Shown in pieces: positions 61,403 to 64,000 of a DNA stretch of 64,000 nucleotides. Made by a program: the position numbers and the translations under genes. Within the stretch, counting starts at the first letter, position 1. Each line of letters opens with the position of its first letter. Origin of the DNA: Candidatus Omnitrophota bacterium. GTDB lineage: Bacteria; Omnitrophota; Gorgyraeia; Gygaellales; Profunditerraquicolaceae. The DNA lies in assembly GCA_016208765.1 (NCBI GenBank), contig JACQXK010000012.1:18152-82151 (forward strand). The letters run 5' to 3'. The notes beneath the pieces are model-generated. The model made no database searches. It had not been told where the DNA came from and worked only from the letters and a program-made list of their open reading frames with translations.

Positions 61403-62661
61403 TCTTTTTCCCTCCAGATCCTTGCTCCTAAATTCTGCAACTTTTCTTCAATATTCTCATAGCCTCGTTCCAAATGATAGATCCTTGATATTGAAGTCTT
61501 TCCGCGGGCAGCTAATCCAGCCAAAACCAAACAAGCAGAAGCGCGCAAATCCGAAGCCATTACCGGAGCACCTGATAAATATTTCTCTCCTTCAACAATC
61601 GCATGCGGCCCCTCGCGCTGAATTTGCGCACCCATTCGCCTTAATTCCGCCACATGCATAAACCTGTCCGGATAAATCTTCTCTGTAAAAAGGCTTGTCC
61701 CCGGAACAACACTCATCAGGCTCATCATCTGCGCCTGCATATCTGTGGCAAATCCCGGGTACGGCAGGGTTGTAATATTTACTCCATGCAGTTGCCTCTT
61801 TTTACGCACGCGCAAAGAATTATCACTCTTAATGATTACAGCACCGGCTTCTTCCAGTTTATCAATTAAAGCCCCCAGATGACGAGAGCAAACGTTTTTT
61901 ATTAAAATATCTCCGTCGGTAATTAAGGACGCTAACATCATTGTCCCTGCTTCAATCCTGTCCGGGATAATTGTATGTGAAGCCCCGTGCAAATGCTTAA
62001 CCCCTTCAATTTCAATAATAGGAGTACCGTGGCCTTTTATTTTTGCCCCCATCTTGATTAAAAATTCAGCCAGATCCGCTACTTCAGGTTCGCAAGCTGC
62101 CGATTCAATCACGGTTTTACCGCTTGCCAAAACTGCGGCCATCATTACATTATCTGTAGCTAAAACCGAAGACCCATACACTCCACCTAAATACATGTGC
62201 CCGCCTTTAAGTTTCTTGGCGCTGGCAACCACATATCCGGATTCAATATAAACATCAGCACCTAATGCCCTGATGCCTTTGATATGCAAATCTACCGGGC
62301 GGTCACCGATAATGCAGCCTCCGGGCAAAGACACTTTCGCTTTTTTAAGTTTTCCCAAAAGCGGCCCCAGAACACAAATAGAAGCGCGCATTGTAGAAAC
62401 CAGTTTATAGTCTGCGATATAATTTATTGACCTGCCGGATGTAACCGTTACAGTGCCGCCGTCGTATTCAACAATCTTGCCCAATGAACGCAATATCTTA
62501 AACATAGTATTTGTATCGCGCAGATTCGGCACGCCTTTAATGATACAAGCGTCATCAGTCAACAAAGCCGCAGCTAATATAGGCAATACTGCGTTCTTCG
62601 CTCCAGAAATAACTACTTCGCCTTTTAACTTAATCCCACCCTCAATAACTAATTTATCCAT
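61399..62661 (-). CDS. murA: UDP-N-acetylglucosamine 1-carboxyvinyltransferase
   Basis: 420 aa, EPT family, active-site Cys context ([15 protein letters not shown]). Confidence 0.9.
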   Translation of the reverse strand: MDKLVIEGGIKLKGEVVISGAKNAVLPILAAALLTDDACIIKGVPNLRDTNTMFKILRSLGKIVEYDGGTVTVTSGRSINYIADYKLVSTMRASICVLGPLLGKLKKAKVSLPGGCIIGDRPVDLHIKGIRALGADVYIESGYVVASAKKLKGGHMYLGGVYGSSVLATDNVMMAAVLASGKTVIESAACEPEVADLAEFLIKMGAKIKGHGTPIIEIEGVKHLHGASHTIIPDRIEAGTMMLASLITDGDILIKNVCSRHLGALIDKLEEAGAVIIKSDNSLRVRKKRQLHGVNITTLPYPGFATDMQAQMMSLMSVVPGTSLFTEKIYPDRFMHVAELRRMGAQIQREGPHAIVEGEKYLSGAPVMASDLRASACLVLAGLAARGKTSISRIYHLERGYENIEEKLQNLGARIWREKE

Positions 62662-62685
62662 ATTTAGGCGTCCCCTTATAGTAAT

Positions 62686-63483
62686 TTACTTAGAATTTAT
62701 TTTAGCAACAACCACTCTGTCAATATTACTATAATCCTTCACTATCTTTATTATCTCAAAGTTTTCTGAAATCTTAAAGATTTCTTTTACTTTTTTACAC
62801 TGGCCAAAACCCATTTCCATAATTAGAAAACCCCCGGGTTTTAAATAATCAGCTGATTGCATAATAATGCGGCGATAAAAATCAAGCCCGTCTATTCCGC
62901 CGTCTAAAGCAATGCGCGGCTCATACTGGAGCTCTGGCTGCAAATCTTGAATTTCTGCACTTGGAATATAAGGAGGGTTAGAAATGCATAGCGCATACGG
63001 CTTATCGCATGTCGGTAAAGAGGAAAACAAGTCGCTATTTAAAAAAACTATTCTATCTGAAACTTTATTAAGTAACGCATTTGACTTTGCGATATCTAAG
63101 GCCTTTTGAGAAATATCCGTTGCGGTTATTAATACATTCTTCAACAACTTAGCCAAAGAAACCGCAATGCATCCTGAGCCTGTGCCTATCTCTAAAATCC
63201 GGGGTTTAACAGGCGATAAACATTTTACACAATTAATAGCGGTTTCAATTAATATTTCTGTTTCCGGACGGGGAATCAAACAGCCAGGCGAGACATTAAA
63301 ATCAAAGCCCATAAATTCGGTATTTCCTAAAATATACTGTATTGGCTCGCCGGAGATCCTTCTCTTGAGGCAGGCGGCAATAAATCCTGCCTGCTTTTTA
63401 TTTAATTCCAAACCCTTGTCAAGGTATAAAGACTGCCTTTGGCAATTTAAAACCCGGGTAAATAGCAATTCCGTTTCATTCAT
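62686..63483 (-). CDS. prmC: release factor glutamine N5-methyltransferase PrmC (HemK)
   Basis: 265 aa, NPPY motif, SAM-binding EIGTGSG. Confidence 0.85.
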   Translation of the reverse strand: MNETELLFTRVLNCQRQSLYLDKGLELNKKQAGFIAACLKRRISGEPIQYILGNTEFMGFDFNVSPGCLIPRPETEILIETAINCVKCLSPVKPRILEIGTGSGCIAVSLAKLLKNVLITATDISQKALDIAKSNALLNKVSDRIVFLNSDLFSSLPTCDKPYALCISNPPYIPSAEIQDLQPELQYEPRIALDGGIDGLDFYRRIIMQSADYLKPGGFLIMEMGFGQCKKVKEIFKISENFEIIKIVKDYSNIDRVVVAKINSK

Positions 63484-63493
63484 AACGGATTTC

Positions 63494-64000
63494 CTATCCT
63501 TTAGGCTGATCTTCCTGACGCGCCTTTTCCTCAGCAGCTTTTATTAAGGCATCTGAAATTTCATCCAAATCACCCTCAAGTATGGCTTCCAGCTGATGAG
63601 AAGTAAAATTAATCCGGTGGTCGGTAACCCGGCGGTCCGGAAAATTATAAGTGCGGATCTTCTCGCTTCTGTCCCCTGAGCCTATTTGAATCCGGCGAGC
63701 TTCGGTAATCTTTTTAGCTTCTTCGTGCTCTTTTTTATCCAAAATACGCGCGCGCAAAATACGCATTGCCTTGGCCTTGTTCTTTAGCTGCGAACGCTCA
63801 TCCTGACAAGCCACAACCGTGCCCGTCGGAATGTGCGTGATCCTTACTGCAGAATCAGTTTTCTGCATGTGCTGTCCGCCGGGGCCGCTTGAGCGATAAG
63901 TATCAATCCTTAAATCTTTCGGCTCAATCACCAAATCAACTTCTTCTGCTTCAAGCATTACCACCACAGAAGCAGTAGAAGTATGAACCCTGCCCTGTGC
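63494..64000 (-). CDS. prfA: peptide chain release factor 1, C-terminal part (N-terminus beyond window end)
   Basis: [20 protein letters not shown] (GGQ motif); frame stays open to position 64000 (…[17 protein letters not shown]). Confidence 0.85.
   Translation of the reverse strand, partial: AQGRVHTSTASVVVMLEAEEVDLVIEPKDLRIDTYRSSGPGGQHMQKTDSAVRITHIPTGTVVACQDERSQLKNKAKAMRILRARILDKKEHEEAKKITEARRIQIGSGDRSEKIRTYNFPDRRVTDHRINFTSHQLEAILEGDLDEISDALIKAAEEKARQEDQPKG

Overview
AT-rich bacterial chromosomal core region of about 70 genes, almost all on the minus strand with 4-bp or small overlaps. Order from the low-coordinate end: partial ileS, mtnP, proC, yggS; a complete division/cell-wall cluster (ftsA, ftsQ, ddl, murB, murC, murG, ftsW, murD, mraY, murF, murE, ftsI, ftsL, rsmH, mraZ) with a recognisable sigma70 promoter and MraZ boxes; ribF, nrnA, rbfA, cca, xerC/D, an MBL hydrolase, ligA, a metallophosphoesterase and an acylphosphatase; then the only sizeable non-coding stretch (28.8-29.7 kb) holding tRNA-Pro(CGG), a 59-bp tandem promoter duplication and a GC-rich, densely base-paired element of unknown identity; a riboflavin operon (ribBA, ribH, nusB, a PHP phosphoesterase, ribD, ribE) behind an FMN-riboswitch-like leader; plus-strand cinA-like and thpR; pgpA, pgsA, rimO, rodZ, ftsK, pnp, rpsO; eda, an HMGL-like aldolase, yggT, glgP, an M48 protease; rpmB (plus); recJ, argS, rsfS, corC, an M16 peptidase, trpA-B-F-C-D-G, murA, prmC and partial prfA. 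There are no integrases, transposases, CRISPR arrays or obvious defence or toxin genes. The items worth a second look are: (1) repeated short GC-rich heptamer or palindromic insertions that sit in frame inside housekeeping genes (ileS, ddl, yggS, thpR, one hypothetical protein), reminiscent of Rickettsia palindromic elements; (2) the unidentified structured element next to tRNA-Pro; (3) a TrpH/YciV-type PHP phosphoesterase embedded in the riboswitch-controlled rib operon, a candidate for the unassigned dephosphorylation step of riboflavin synthesis; (4) murE interrupted by one in-frame TAA inside an A7 run; (5) a division/cell-wall cluster with no ftsZ after ftsA; (6) a trpE-less trp operon fused downstream of prfA-prmC-murA. 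No lineage can be assigned from sequence alone.
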